NCBI GenBank assembly: GCA_951406725.2
Contig: OX597814.1
Span: 166,904,001 to 166,968,000 of the forward strand
Length of the DNA stretch: 64,000 nucleotides
DNA from: Octopus vulgaris
Lineage: Eukaryota
Direction of reading: 5' to 3'
The notes beneath the pieces were generated by a model. The model ran no database searches, was not told the DNA's origin, and saw nothing but the letters and a program-made list of their open reading frames with translations. Made by a program: the position numbers and the translations under genes. Every line of letters starts with the position of its first letter. The stretch's first letter is position 1. Positions 54,120 through 64,000 of the stretch are shown here, one piece after another.

Positions 54120-57100
54120 TTTTTTTTTCTTCTTTCAAATTTGCTTCCATTTCTTGCCGAGTGTCTTCCCGACTCCTAGGGCAAAGAAACTCATAGCATA
54201 CATTGGTAGGCCATTAAACCAAACTCAATAGTTCGTTCATTTTTTTTTTTTTTTTTTAAAGTTAAATTAAAATACATGAGCAGCAACAGTTCTCACATCA
54301 ACAATGCTCTTCTCAATACGTGTGATGTACCAGTTAAGACAACCTTTTGCACTTCTTGCAGGGATGGTAAGCCAGGGATCATTCTCATATAATTTTCGGT
54401 TCCCTTCTTGATCATTCCTAGTGCTCCTACGATCACTGGTATTGTAACCGCCTTGAGATGCCACATTTTCTCAATTTCAATGAGTAGGTCTTTATACTTT
54501 CTGAGCTTGTCAAACTCTTTCGCTGAGATATTATGATCACAGGGGATGCTCATGTCGATCAATAAGCAAACTTTATTGTTTTGGTCTTTCACAACAATAT
54601 CTGGTTTATTGGCCTTGATGGTTCGGTCTGTATGTACTGGAAAGTCCCACAGAATGGTTACATTTTCTCCTTCAGTTACAGCCTCAGGGTGGTGATTATA
54701 CCACTTGTCAGCAGTTTTGATATTGTAATGCCGACTTATTAGCCAGTGGAGATATTGGCCAACTCTGTCATGTCTTAATTTATACTCCACTGGTGCTAAG
54801 ACTTTACATCCAGAGATTAGGTGGTCCACTGTTTCAATCATGTCGTTGCAGAATCGGCATTTTGGGTCTGCTCCATTTTTCATCACATTGGCCTGGTAGT
54901 TCCGGGTTAATAGGCTTTGATCTTGAGCAGCCAGGATGAAACCTTCGCTCTCTGCTTTTAGCCCTGAGCTCCGTAGCCACTGATGGGTTTGCTTCTGGTC
55001 AACATCAGCTTGTTTGCTGCGGGTCACATATTTGCCGTGCAGAGGTTTCTCCTCCCACCTATCAGCCAATTGCTCGTGCGCTTTCTTCATTGCCATCATT
55101 TTCACCTTCTTTGCAACAATAGTTGCCGTACTTCCCTCGGGTTGTTCAGTTTGGGTATCCTGCACGAGATCAATAGCAAATTTTTTGCTTTCCTTTATGA
55201 TAGAATGAAGCTTCTTTCGTCTCTCGTGATTTTCCACGAGCTTTAGCATCCAGTCATTCGATATTTCGAGATATTTGGCCAGTCCAATTGTGGTTGTTTT
55301 ATAAGCTAGTTCAAATTGGATCAGGCCTCGACCTCCTTGGGCTCTGGGAAGGTAAAGGCGATCTACGTCTGCCTTTGGGTGGTGCATCCTATTACAACTC
55401 AGCAGCTTGCGTATTTTTCTATCTATATTCTTTACTTCACTCATATTCCAGTTCAACACATTGTAGCTATAAGTAACAACTGGAACTGCTAAGGAATTTA
55501 TAGCTAACACCTTGTTACGTGCATTTAGTTCAGATTTCAGGACTGCACGAACTCTCCTATAACATTCCTTCCTGATTTTTTCTTTCATGCTTGCATGCTG
55601 AATACCAGAGCCTTCATTTATCCCTAAATATTTGTATGTTTGTTCTTGCTCAAGCTCTCTTATGACTGTGTCAACATCTAACACGACTGAATTTGTGGTC
55701 TTCACTTTCCCTTTCTGGAAAGTGGCCTTGGCACACTTCTCAAGTCCAAACTCCATCCCGATGTCATCGCTGAATGCTTTCACGGTGTGCAATAGGCCTT
55801 CAAGTTCATTATTGTCTTTACCATAAAGTTTTAAGTCATCCATATAAAATAGATGGCTTATTTTTTTATTGGCAATTTTATACCCATACCCTGTTCTGTT
55901 TAATTCACTTGTAAGGGGTATTAGGGCTATGCAGAATATTAAAGGTGAAAGTGAGTCACCTTGAAAAATTCCACAGTTGATGTTTATATTTTCTGAGGCA
56001 AGTACTCCATTAGAGTGGTATAATTGGAGATTCGTATTCCACAACGACATATTGTGCTTCAGGAAGTTTGAAATCACAGGGGAAATTTTGAAGATGTCCA
56101 GCGATCTCAAGATCCATGGATGCGGTATACTGTCGAAGGCCTTTTTGTAGTCAATCCATGCGGTGCTGAGATTTCTGCGCTTGTTGTGACAGTTCTCAAG
56201 GATCATACGATTGATTAGCAGTTGATCTTTGCATCCGTAAGAGCCTCGGCGGCACCCTTTTTGTTCAATGGGGAAAATATCGTTCTTCTCCATGAATGCA
56301 TATGTTTTCTCCGCCAGGATAGATGTTAGGATTTTATACGTGGTGGATAGACAGGTTATAGGCCGATAGTTTTTTGGAAGGTTGGTTTCGTTATTCTTTG
56401 GGAGTAGGTAAGTAATGCCACTTGCTAACCATTCAGGTGTTTTCTTTGGGTCTCTCATAATTCCATTAAGCAGCTGAACTAGCTTACCGTGTGCGCATGG
56501 GAGCGATGCGAGCCAGAAATTCGGCACCCTATCTTTACCGGGGGATTTCCAATTATGGGCCTTCGTGAGTGCCTTTCTTAGGTCTGCTATTGTGATGTCT
56601 TCCCATGCTTGTTGTAAATTTTGGTAGGATCCTTCAGTTTGTATAATCCAGTCTGCATTTATGTTGTACGTCTTCTTGTCACTCCAAATCCTTTTCCAAA
56701 AGTTTTGAACTTCTTCCATGGGAGGGGGGTCTTTAACGGTTACTTTCTCCTTCCCTATTTCTCTGTAGAATTTTTTGGCATTGGATGTGAACAGCTTATT
56801 TTGCTTGTAAAACTTGTTTCTCTTCTCAAATCTTCGTATTCTTTGGGCTTTTGCTTGGACTTTTTGTTTCAGCGTTTCTTTTATTGATATCAGTTCTTCT
56901 CTTGGTGAGGATCCAAATTTTCACTTCATCTTTCTTCCTGTTCTGGATCTTACATCATTTCCACATATTAGTTCATTTAATATTGATATTTCCCCTCTCA
57001 TAAATTCAATCTCTTTTTCAATTTTACTTCTCCAGGTTTGATTTCTTCCCAGGTTTTGTTTTCTTTGTTTTTTCGGGGGCATACAGCTGGTTTCAATTGC

Positions 57101-57799
57101 CCTAGCAGAAGCGTAAATAATTCCATTTAACTCAGTAAAATCAGGTTTTAATTCTCGTATTATTTCATTTGTTACATAGTTGCCAATTTGGATTTGTTTT
57201 TTATTTTGGTTTGTATTTGAGAGTTTATGAAGTCGTTCTCTATCATTCATACTTGTATGTCTTACAACTTCAAGCGTATTCAGGATTTTCTGCCTCATTT
57301 CTGCCATAGACTCTCTGTGTTCTTCAGCAAATGCGAGATCTTCAGTTACTGTTGTTTTTTTCGTTTTCCTGGCTATCTTTAACAGGTACAATAGAATTTC
57401 TTGTATCTTCAGGCCTTTGCGTACTTTGGTCAGATGGCAGTCTTTCAATTAAGCCTCGTGGCGGGCTATACTGTTCATCTGATTCTTCATTTCCTTTGTG
57501 TCTTATATTTATGTCATTTTCCGTTGCATGCTTGATCGCGCTTATTTCACTGTCTGTGAGTCTGTTATTTCTAAGGATATCCCTCCTCACATTTGCTAAT
57601 TTGTTCTCGTCCAAATAGGGCCTACTGTCTTGATTCCGTGTTCTCCATATACTGTAAGAGTTTGCGGTGTGTCTCTCTTGAGATGGCCTACCTAATGCAT
57701 AGTAATAAGCGTATATTACTTCTTTATACTCTTCTCGGGTCCATTTGTTCCGCTTACATTTTTCTTTCTGTGGTGGTTGTGGTGGTGAACTTGGAGGGC

Positions 57800-57800
<1 letters not shown>
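54120..57800 (-). mobile_element. R4/Dong-clade non-LTR retrotransposon, 5'-truncated, near-intact, inserted in (TAA)n
   Basis: Single long ORF with one TGA (56921-56923) and one frameshift (~57355). 3'UTR hairpin TTGCC..GAGT..ACTC GGCAA at 54154-54184. TAA tracts on both sides. Confidence 0.93.
54293..56719 (-). CDS. reverse transcriptase plus CCHC knuckle plus restriction-like endonuclease (R4/Dong ORF, main portion)
   Basis: NYRPITCL, IDYKKAFDS, GIFQGDSLSP, YMDDLK, YKYLG, CRFC..ETVDHLISGC, RHD, KPDIV..LIDMSIP, K..KY; catalytic motifs intact. The frame stays open upstream to the TGA at 56921. Confidence 0.93.
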   Translation of the reverse strand: MEEVQNFWKRIWSDKKTYNINADWIIQTEGSYQNLQQAWEDITIADLRKALTKAHNWKSPGKDRVPNFWLASLPCAHGKLVQLLNGIMRDPKKTPEWLASGITYLLPKNNETNLPKNYRPITCLSTTYKILTSILAEKTYAFMEKNDIFPIEQKGCRRGSYGCKDQLLINRMILENCHNKRRNLSTAWIDYKKAFDSIPHPWILRSLDIFKISPVISNFLKHNMSLWNTNLQLYHSNGVLASENININCGIFQGDSLSPLIFCIALIPLTSELNRTGYGYKIANKKISHLFYMDDLKLYGKDNNELEGLLHTVKAFSDDIGMEFGLEKCAKATFQKGKVKTTNSVVLDVDTVIRELEQEQTYKYLGINEGSGIQHASMKEKIRKECYRRVRAVLKSELNARNKVLAINSLAVPVVTYSYNVLNWNMSEVKNIDRKIRKLLSCNRMHHPKADVDRLYLPRAQGGRGLIQFELAYKTTTIGLAKYLEISNDWMLKLVENHERRKKLHSIIKESKKFAIDLVQDTQTEQPEGSTATIVAKKVKMMAMKKAHEQLADRWEEKPLHGKYVTRSKQADVDQKQTHQWLRSSGLKAESEGFILAAQDQSLLTRNYQANVMKNGADPKCRFCNDMIETVDHLISGCKVLAPVEYKLRHDRVGQYLHWLISRHYNIKTADKWYNHHPEAVTEGENVTILWDFPVHTDRTIKANKPDIVVKDQNNKVCLLIDMSIPCDHNISAKEFDKLRKYKDLLIEIEKMWHLKAVTIPVIVGALGMIKKGTENYMRMIPGLPSLQEVQKVVLTGTSHVLRRALLM

Positions 57801-57876
<76 letters not shown>

Positions 57877-58432
57877 GAGTGAGAGAGCAGTGCTTGCCAT
57901 CAAAGTGACACTGTGGTGCAATTATACGAAGCCTCATATACCCATCATGACTACCCATCTGATAAGAGTACACAAGGTACTTGCATCACAACCACATTTG
58001 CGTGTCATGGTGACCTTATAACAAGATAAACAGCGCATGACATTGCAGTTGGGGCCCAGTTAGAATATTCTTCAGGCTGATTAACATATCCCGTTCAAAA
58101 TGTCCCTGAATAAGGTTTGTTTAAGGATGGTGAACGAAACACCCATGTTTCCAGAGGTGAATTATTCAAACCCCAAAGAATCCCTCTCAACACATGGCTC
58201 TGATGCTCCCCCACTACTCCTGCTCATGATCAGAGATGCACATATCATCAGCCACTAAGGGACTTGGTCAACTGGTTAAGGTCAAACAACTGACAAGCGA
58301 ATCTGTGGTACTGAGAAGAATATTTAATGTAGCCCATCTTTTATACCAAGACAAAACAATGTACACAATAACACTTCCAATCAGCTAAGATCTGAAGCCA
58401 TGAGAACCACTACCTGGTATTGCATCAGGGCA

Positions 58433-58496
<64 letters not shown>

Positions 58497-58497
58497 G

Positions 58498-58531
<34 letters not shown>

Positions 58532-58754
58532 TATTATTAAAGCGGCGAGCTGGTAGAATCGTTAGCATGCCGGGCAAAATGTTTAGCTGCATATCTTCCG
58601 TCCTTACGTTCTGAGTTCAAATTCCGCCGTGGCGGACTTTGCTTTTCATCATTTCGGGGTCGATAAAATAAATGCCAGTTGAGCACTAGGATCGATGTAA
58701 TTGACTATCCCCCCTCCCCCAAACTTCAAGCTTTGTGTATATTGTTGAAAGGAT

Positions 58755-58811
<57 letters not shown>

Positions 58812-59089
58812 GACTACTACTATTATTATTATTATTATTAAAGCGGTGAGCTGGCAGTATCGTTAGCACTGTGGACAAAATGCTTAGTGGCATTTCGTCC
58901 GTCCTTACGTTCTGAGTTCAAATTCCACCCAAGTTGACTTTGCCTTTCATCCTTTCATCCTTTCGGGGTCGATGTAATCGACTGGCCCCTTTCCCCAAAA
59001 TTTCAAGCCTTATGCCTAAAGTAGAAAGAATTCTTACTTTTATAATTATAATTTCTTTTTTACTCACATTCGGTCTTATTCTTGACAGA

Positions 59090-59575
59090 ATTTATGTGGG
59101 TAGCTGGTTACTATCTGTAACCTTAGGTATCCACAAATTTTCAGCAGTCTTTCAAGTGCTTAGAATCTTCCTGATAATCCTTGCTGTCCCTAAGAGACAA
59201 ACACTTTGTTGGAGCTCAACAGGGCATTTTATTCCAGTCTTCTTCATCCATTTGTCTATATCTTTGCTCATTTATCCCAACGCACCAATTATCTTAGGCA
59301 CAACCTTGACAGTTCTCCAAATTCTTCCTATTTCAAATTTTAAGGGATTGTATTTTCTTTGTTTTTCTTCCTCTTTCTTTTCGATCCAGGAATCAAACGG
59401 ACATGATGGGTCGATTAGTAAACAATTTCGTTTTTCCTTATTTATAGTTGTTACGTCCGCTCTATTATTTTCTAACTTGTCCGTTTGAACGTCCTATAAA
59501 ATCTTACAGTTTTCCGACTCCAATATTCTTTCGGCCCAATAACTGTACCATGTGTTTCGAGCTTCAAATCTCTGA
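59090..59575 (-). pseudogene. decayed R4/Dong-type RLE 3' fragment
   Basis: ILESENCKIL*DV..IDPSCPFDSWIEKKEEEKQRKYNPLKFEIGRIW..VKVVPKIIGALG. Confidence 0.7.
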
Positions 59576-60216
59576 TTATTATTGTTATTATTATTGACAC
59601 TAAGGTAAAATATACAAAACCCAGTATACCCGTCATGACAGCCCGTCTGATAAGGGTACACCAAGCACATGCATAACAACCATATGTGCGCGACATAGTG
59701 ATCTCATATCAACATTAACAGCGCATGACCTTGCAGGTGGGACCCAGTTAGAATTTTCTTTAGGTCAAGTAGCTCATCCTACTCAAAAAAGGTCCCTGAA
59801 TAAGGGTTGTTTAATGATGTTGAACGAAACACCTAAGTTTCTAAAGGGGAATTATCCAATCCTCAAAGAATTCCTCTCAACACATGGCTCTGATGCTCCC
59901 GCACTACTCCTGCTCGTGATCAGAGATGCACATATCGTCATCCACTAAGGGACATGCTCAACTGGTTAAGGTCAAGCAACTTGACAAGCAAATCTGTGGT
60001 ATTGAGCAGAATATTTGTGTAGCCCATCTTTTATACCAAGACAAAACAATGTACATGACTTCACTTCCAATCAGTTAAAATCAAGAGCCATGAGAGCCAC
60101 TGCCTGGTACTGCATCATCATCATCATCATCATCATCATCACCACCACCACCACCACCACCACCACCACTACCACCACCACCACCACCACCATCACCATC
60201 ACCATCATCATCATCA

Positions 60217-60280
<64 letters not shown>

Positions 60281-61072
60281 CAAGGCGGCGAGTTGGTAGA
60301 ATCATTAGCACGCTGGGCATAATGCTTAGTGACATTTCTTCCGCCTTTCCGAGTTCAAGTACCACTGAGGCTGACTTTGCCTTTCATCCTTTCGGGCTCA
60401 ATAAAATAAATACCAAGAGTATGCCTGGGATCGATGTAATCGGCTTACCCACTCACACAAAATTTCTGGCCTTGTGCTAAAACTTGAAATTATTATTATT
60501 ATTGGTGATGGTGGTGGTGGTGGTGGTGTTTTCATATTCGTATCGACAAAACGTCCATTGGATCGCTCGTGAGTTTGGTTAATTGTTTATATATTTATAA
60601 CTGCATCTTGTTGTTGCATACCATCTTGCAAAGCAAACCAAAACTTTTAGGGGTTTATTCGCTGGCTTATCCGTTTCTCGCTCCTTTGGGGCTCACGTTT
60701 GTTAGAAAGGATTTCAAATTTTGTTTTTAAAAACAATTTTCTTTAAACATAGCTAACGCTTCCACAACCAACAAACTGAAGGGGGATGTAGGACCTAAAT
60801 GTCAAAGACAGGTGTAGAAAGTGCAACGATTTTCTTCTTCTCACTCTGCTCATGGAAGGGAAAGAGAAACATTTTCAAGCATTGAATACTTGCCCTACAG
60901 CTATAGTGGCTAACGACAGTTGCAATAGCAACAATAACAACAACTACAATATTGACTAAAACAACAACTGCAGCAATGATAGCAAAAGCACAGAAGAAGC
61001 ATGAGTAAGGGCATCCACAGTAGCAGTATCAGCGCTAGGGGTAACAGTAATGGTAGCAGAAGCACCGCAAGT

Positions 61073-61452
61073 GGAGGCGCAATGGCCCAGTGGTTAGGAC
61101 AGCGGACTCGCAGTCGGAGGATCGCGGATTCGATTCCCAGACCGGGCGTTGTGTGTGTTTATTGAGCGAAAATACCTAAAGCTCCACGAAGCTCCGACAG
61201 GGGATGGTGGTGACCCCTGTTGTACTCTTTCGCTCCAACTTTCTCTCACTCTTTCTTCCTGTTTCTTGTCCCCGACTTCCTACGCAACCGCTGAGCCTGG
61301 ATGCGCATTCATCCATCGGTCGATGCTCTCGGTGTCGGGGGTTGACCTGCTTTCTCTTCTGTGGGTCTTACGAATAGCAAAGGACCACGTTTCGGATTTC
61401 TCCCATTACACTCTGGGACGAAGACCGCTTCGCTCAACAAACAAACAAACAA
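61073..61452 (+). mobile_element. third tRNA-derived SINE family, (AAAC)n tail
   Basis: TGGCCCAGTGG A box, GGATTCGATTCC B box, TSD-like AGCACCGCAA on both sides. Confidence 0.75.
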
Positions 61453-61979
61453 GCAGCACCGCAACAACAGCAGCGGAAATAACAATAACAATGGCGGAAA
61501 CGCAAGGGCTTGAACAATAGAAACAACAATGACAGTAGCAACGAAGAAAAAAGGCAACAGCTGTTACATAACCAAACATTAATGACAGCAGCAAGAAGAA
61601 AATTGACTGCGCCAATAATATCAACAACGATAACAAAAACAATAACAATATCAGCAACAAGCGCAGCAGTAGCAAGGTTTCCTTAGCAGGAATAGCTTCC
61701 ACAAGGAAGCTATACAGTCTCTCCCCATAAGGCGGCGAGCTGGCAGAAACGTTAGCGCGCCGGGCGAAATGCTTAGCGGTATTTCGTCTGCCGCTACGTT
61801 CTAAGTTCAAATTCCGCCGAGGTCGACTTTGCCTTTCATCCTTTCCGGGTCGATTAAATAAGCATCAGTTACGCACTGGGGTTCGATATAATCGACTTAA
61901 TTCGTTTGACTGTCCTTGTTTGTCCCCTTTGTGTGTATCCCCTTGTGGGCAGTAAAGAAATAAGAAAGTAATATATCTC

Positions 61980-63620
61980 CGCGTATTGTTAAAGTATCGG
62001 CGCCTGCAGTCGACTACGAACACACAAACAGAAAAGGGTCTTTGCAATATACGAATGAACATCCAGCATATATTTATGGCAAAGCAGTTTAGCGGAGTCG
62101 AGATCCTAGTTAACTCCGAACCCTTCTCACTTCAACACTCAGTGATCGCCCGCCGTAGTGATGACTTCGCTCTGTTTGGGAAGAAAGACAATAAGGCTAA
62201 TAAAATAGGTTGGCTTTGAAGCGTTGTAAGCGAGCGAGTGATACTCTGCTGAATGAAAAGTGAATGAGGCAGGAGAACTGGATTGAGATCACAGTTGAAA
62301 TCCTTCTCCGTGTAAAATCTGAACATCTGGATAAGATCCCAGACCTCAACTCCATGCCGAATGAGTTGAAGAGGGTAGAGGACCAAGATGCCTTCTTCCT
62401 ACGCAATCAAGAGGAAAGAAGGGTCCTACTGCTGCCGACACCATCGCTGCAACAAACAACAGTATGAAACAACAAGAGAGGCAATAGCATCAACACCAAC
62501 AAGTGTGAGTAAAAGTGCAGCAAAAACAACATCAGTACTGACATCAACAATTGCCGTGAGAGCAACAGCGCAACGCCTACAATCGCAGCAGCAACCATGG
62601 AAACAGTAACAGCAGTAGCACCAACAACATCAATACCTACGTTGTCAACAGAAGCAAATGAAGTGACGGAAAGTAAGGATTACAACAAAAAACAAAACAA
62701 AACAAAAAACAGAAGAAACAAAACACAGAACAACAATGCGTTCACATGAACACCACACACCGCCCAATCCACAGCAACAAATACCTCGTCACTGCCACCA
62801 CTTATACGAAAAGGAACATATAGATGAAACACATAGATGAAACCACTGCGAACATACAAGAACAAAAGCAGCTGACTAACACACAGACCTAACAGGAACC
62901 AGATCAACAGCATCAGCTAAACATTCTTCTCCACTTACAACAAATCGCATACATATCCAACTTTGAGCTACTAAGAAGAAAAAGGTAAAGAACAGCTACA
63001 TTACATAGCACAGAGTGGAGACCAAGAGACAGCGGCGATGACTTTCAATAAAGCAATGTGAAAGTCCTAAACCTAAAACTGGTAAGGATGCCAGACGACA
63101 GGTATAGGCAAATGAGAGTTTCCTGCATGACGTTCGAAACTCCAGCGCCATGTCCTCGAACAGGGTTTCCCTAAGAAACGCCATACACAGAAGGTAGTAT
63201 AATACACCAGGTTGCTTACAGAAGAACTGTTCAGATATGTGACCCTTTTTCTTCTTCCTTTCTTTCCTAATAATTTGGTAGCCCTGAAAGTAGGTTACGT
63301 CAGCACTCGTGGCCTGGGCTCATCCTGGAGGCAGAGAAGGCTGCCGAATGCCCTCACTTCGCTGGCTGTGGATGTGGTAGCAATTAATGAGATCAAGATT
63401 TCCAGCACATGCATTTCGGCGCCCATTTTTTAATGACTTTGAGATCTATGTATCTCTTAATCATTTGGTGTGGAGGCGGGATGACAATTTTCATTAGGAA
63501 AGGTGCAGATAGCACTAGAGAAGATTCCTGATCATATAGACCTGCCAAACGGAACTTACTGCTCGTTATGGCGACCGGTTGAAGGCCGAAGTTCCACACA
63601 TTTAGTATCACCAACTATCT
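61980..63620 (+). pseudogene. decayed L1/Tx1-like LINE (ORF1 remnant and start of the APE endonuclease)
   Basis: 63270-63430 reads LKVGYVSTRGLGSSWRQ..LAVDVVAINEIKI (APE motifs I-II); ORF1-like MRQENW..E..LDKIPD upstream. Confidence 0.55.
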
Positions 63621-64000
63621 AAGTACTTTCTTCTCACAACAGAACAAGCAGAAGTCCGGGCTGCTGCTGACACAGCAGTGGTAATAATATCAAAAGCAAC
63701 AAAAATAATAATATCAAACTAACGTTTGGTGAAGATCATGCCATTAGGGCCTTATTAAAAAGATTCTCAGAGGAGGACATGAGCATAAATCCTGTAAATA
63801 ATTGTTCAAATCTTTTAGTGAAGTCTCACAGTAAAGTATTCATTCAAGTACTACCATAATATATGAAGTTCTTTAAAACCAGTAGCCATATTCCACAGTT
63901 TATCTAAACTCCCCATCGAACTACTAGTTTCTTTGAATAACGCGGTTCGCATGGCGATCGAGTTGGGTCGTATGACTCAGAAAGTAAGTCAAACTTGCAA

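Noticed and set aside
58412-58430. ACCTGGTATTGCA resembling U2 snRNA stem-loop IV
   Set aside because: Only 13 nt, other copies read TACTGCA, and there is no further U2 similarity.

Overview
AT-rich, repeat-saturated eukaryotic (animal) DNA. The SINE repertoire (Nin/Deu-domain and CORE-type tRNA SINEs) and the dense TA/TACA/CA/TAA microsatellites point to a coleoid cephalopod, most likely an octopus (inference). No host protein-coding gene can be supported. Nearly all long ORFs in the track are microsatellite artefacts. The only long real ORF (54293-56719, minus) is the RT plus restriction-like endonuclease of a nearly intact R4/Dong retrotransposon sitting in (TAA)n. Other elements: decayed Dong, RTE, Tx1/L1, Gypsy (LTR pair), solo-LTR candidates, a maT/Tc1-mariner element with TIRs, MITEs, Helitrons and Penelope-like (PLE) remnants. 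Most notable observations: (i) a ~180-nt structured 5' RNA module shared between a Dong 5'UTR and a short element that ends in an RTE tail; (ii) three different minimal hammerhead ribozyme motifs, one preceded by a tRNA-like Pol III head inside a PLE 3' end; (iii) a ~560-bp headless element found only in TAA/TCA repeats; (iv) a 260-bp inverted duplication with a palindrome in its spacer; (v) a SINE copy carrying another locus's 5' flank 41 kb away. All alignments and RNA folds were done by eye and boundaries are approximate.
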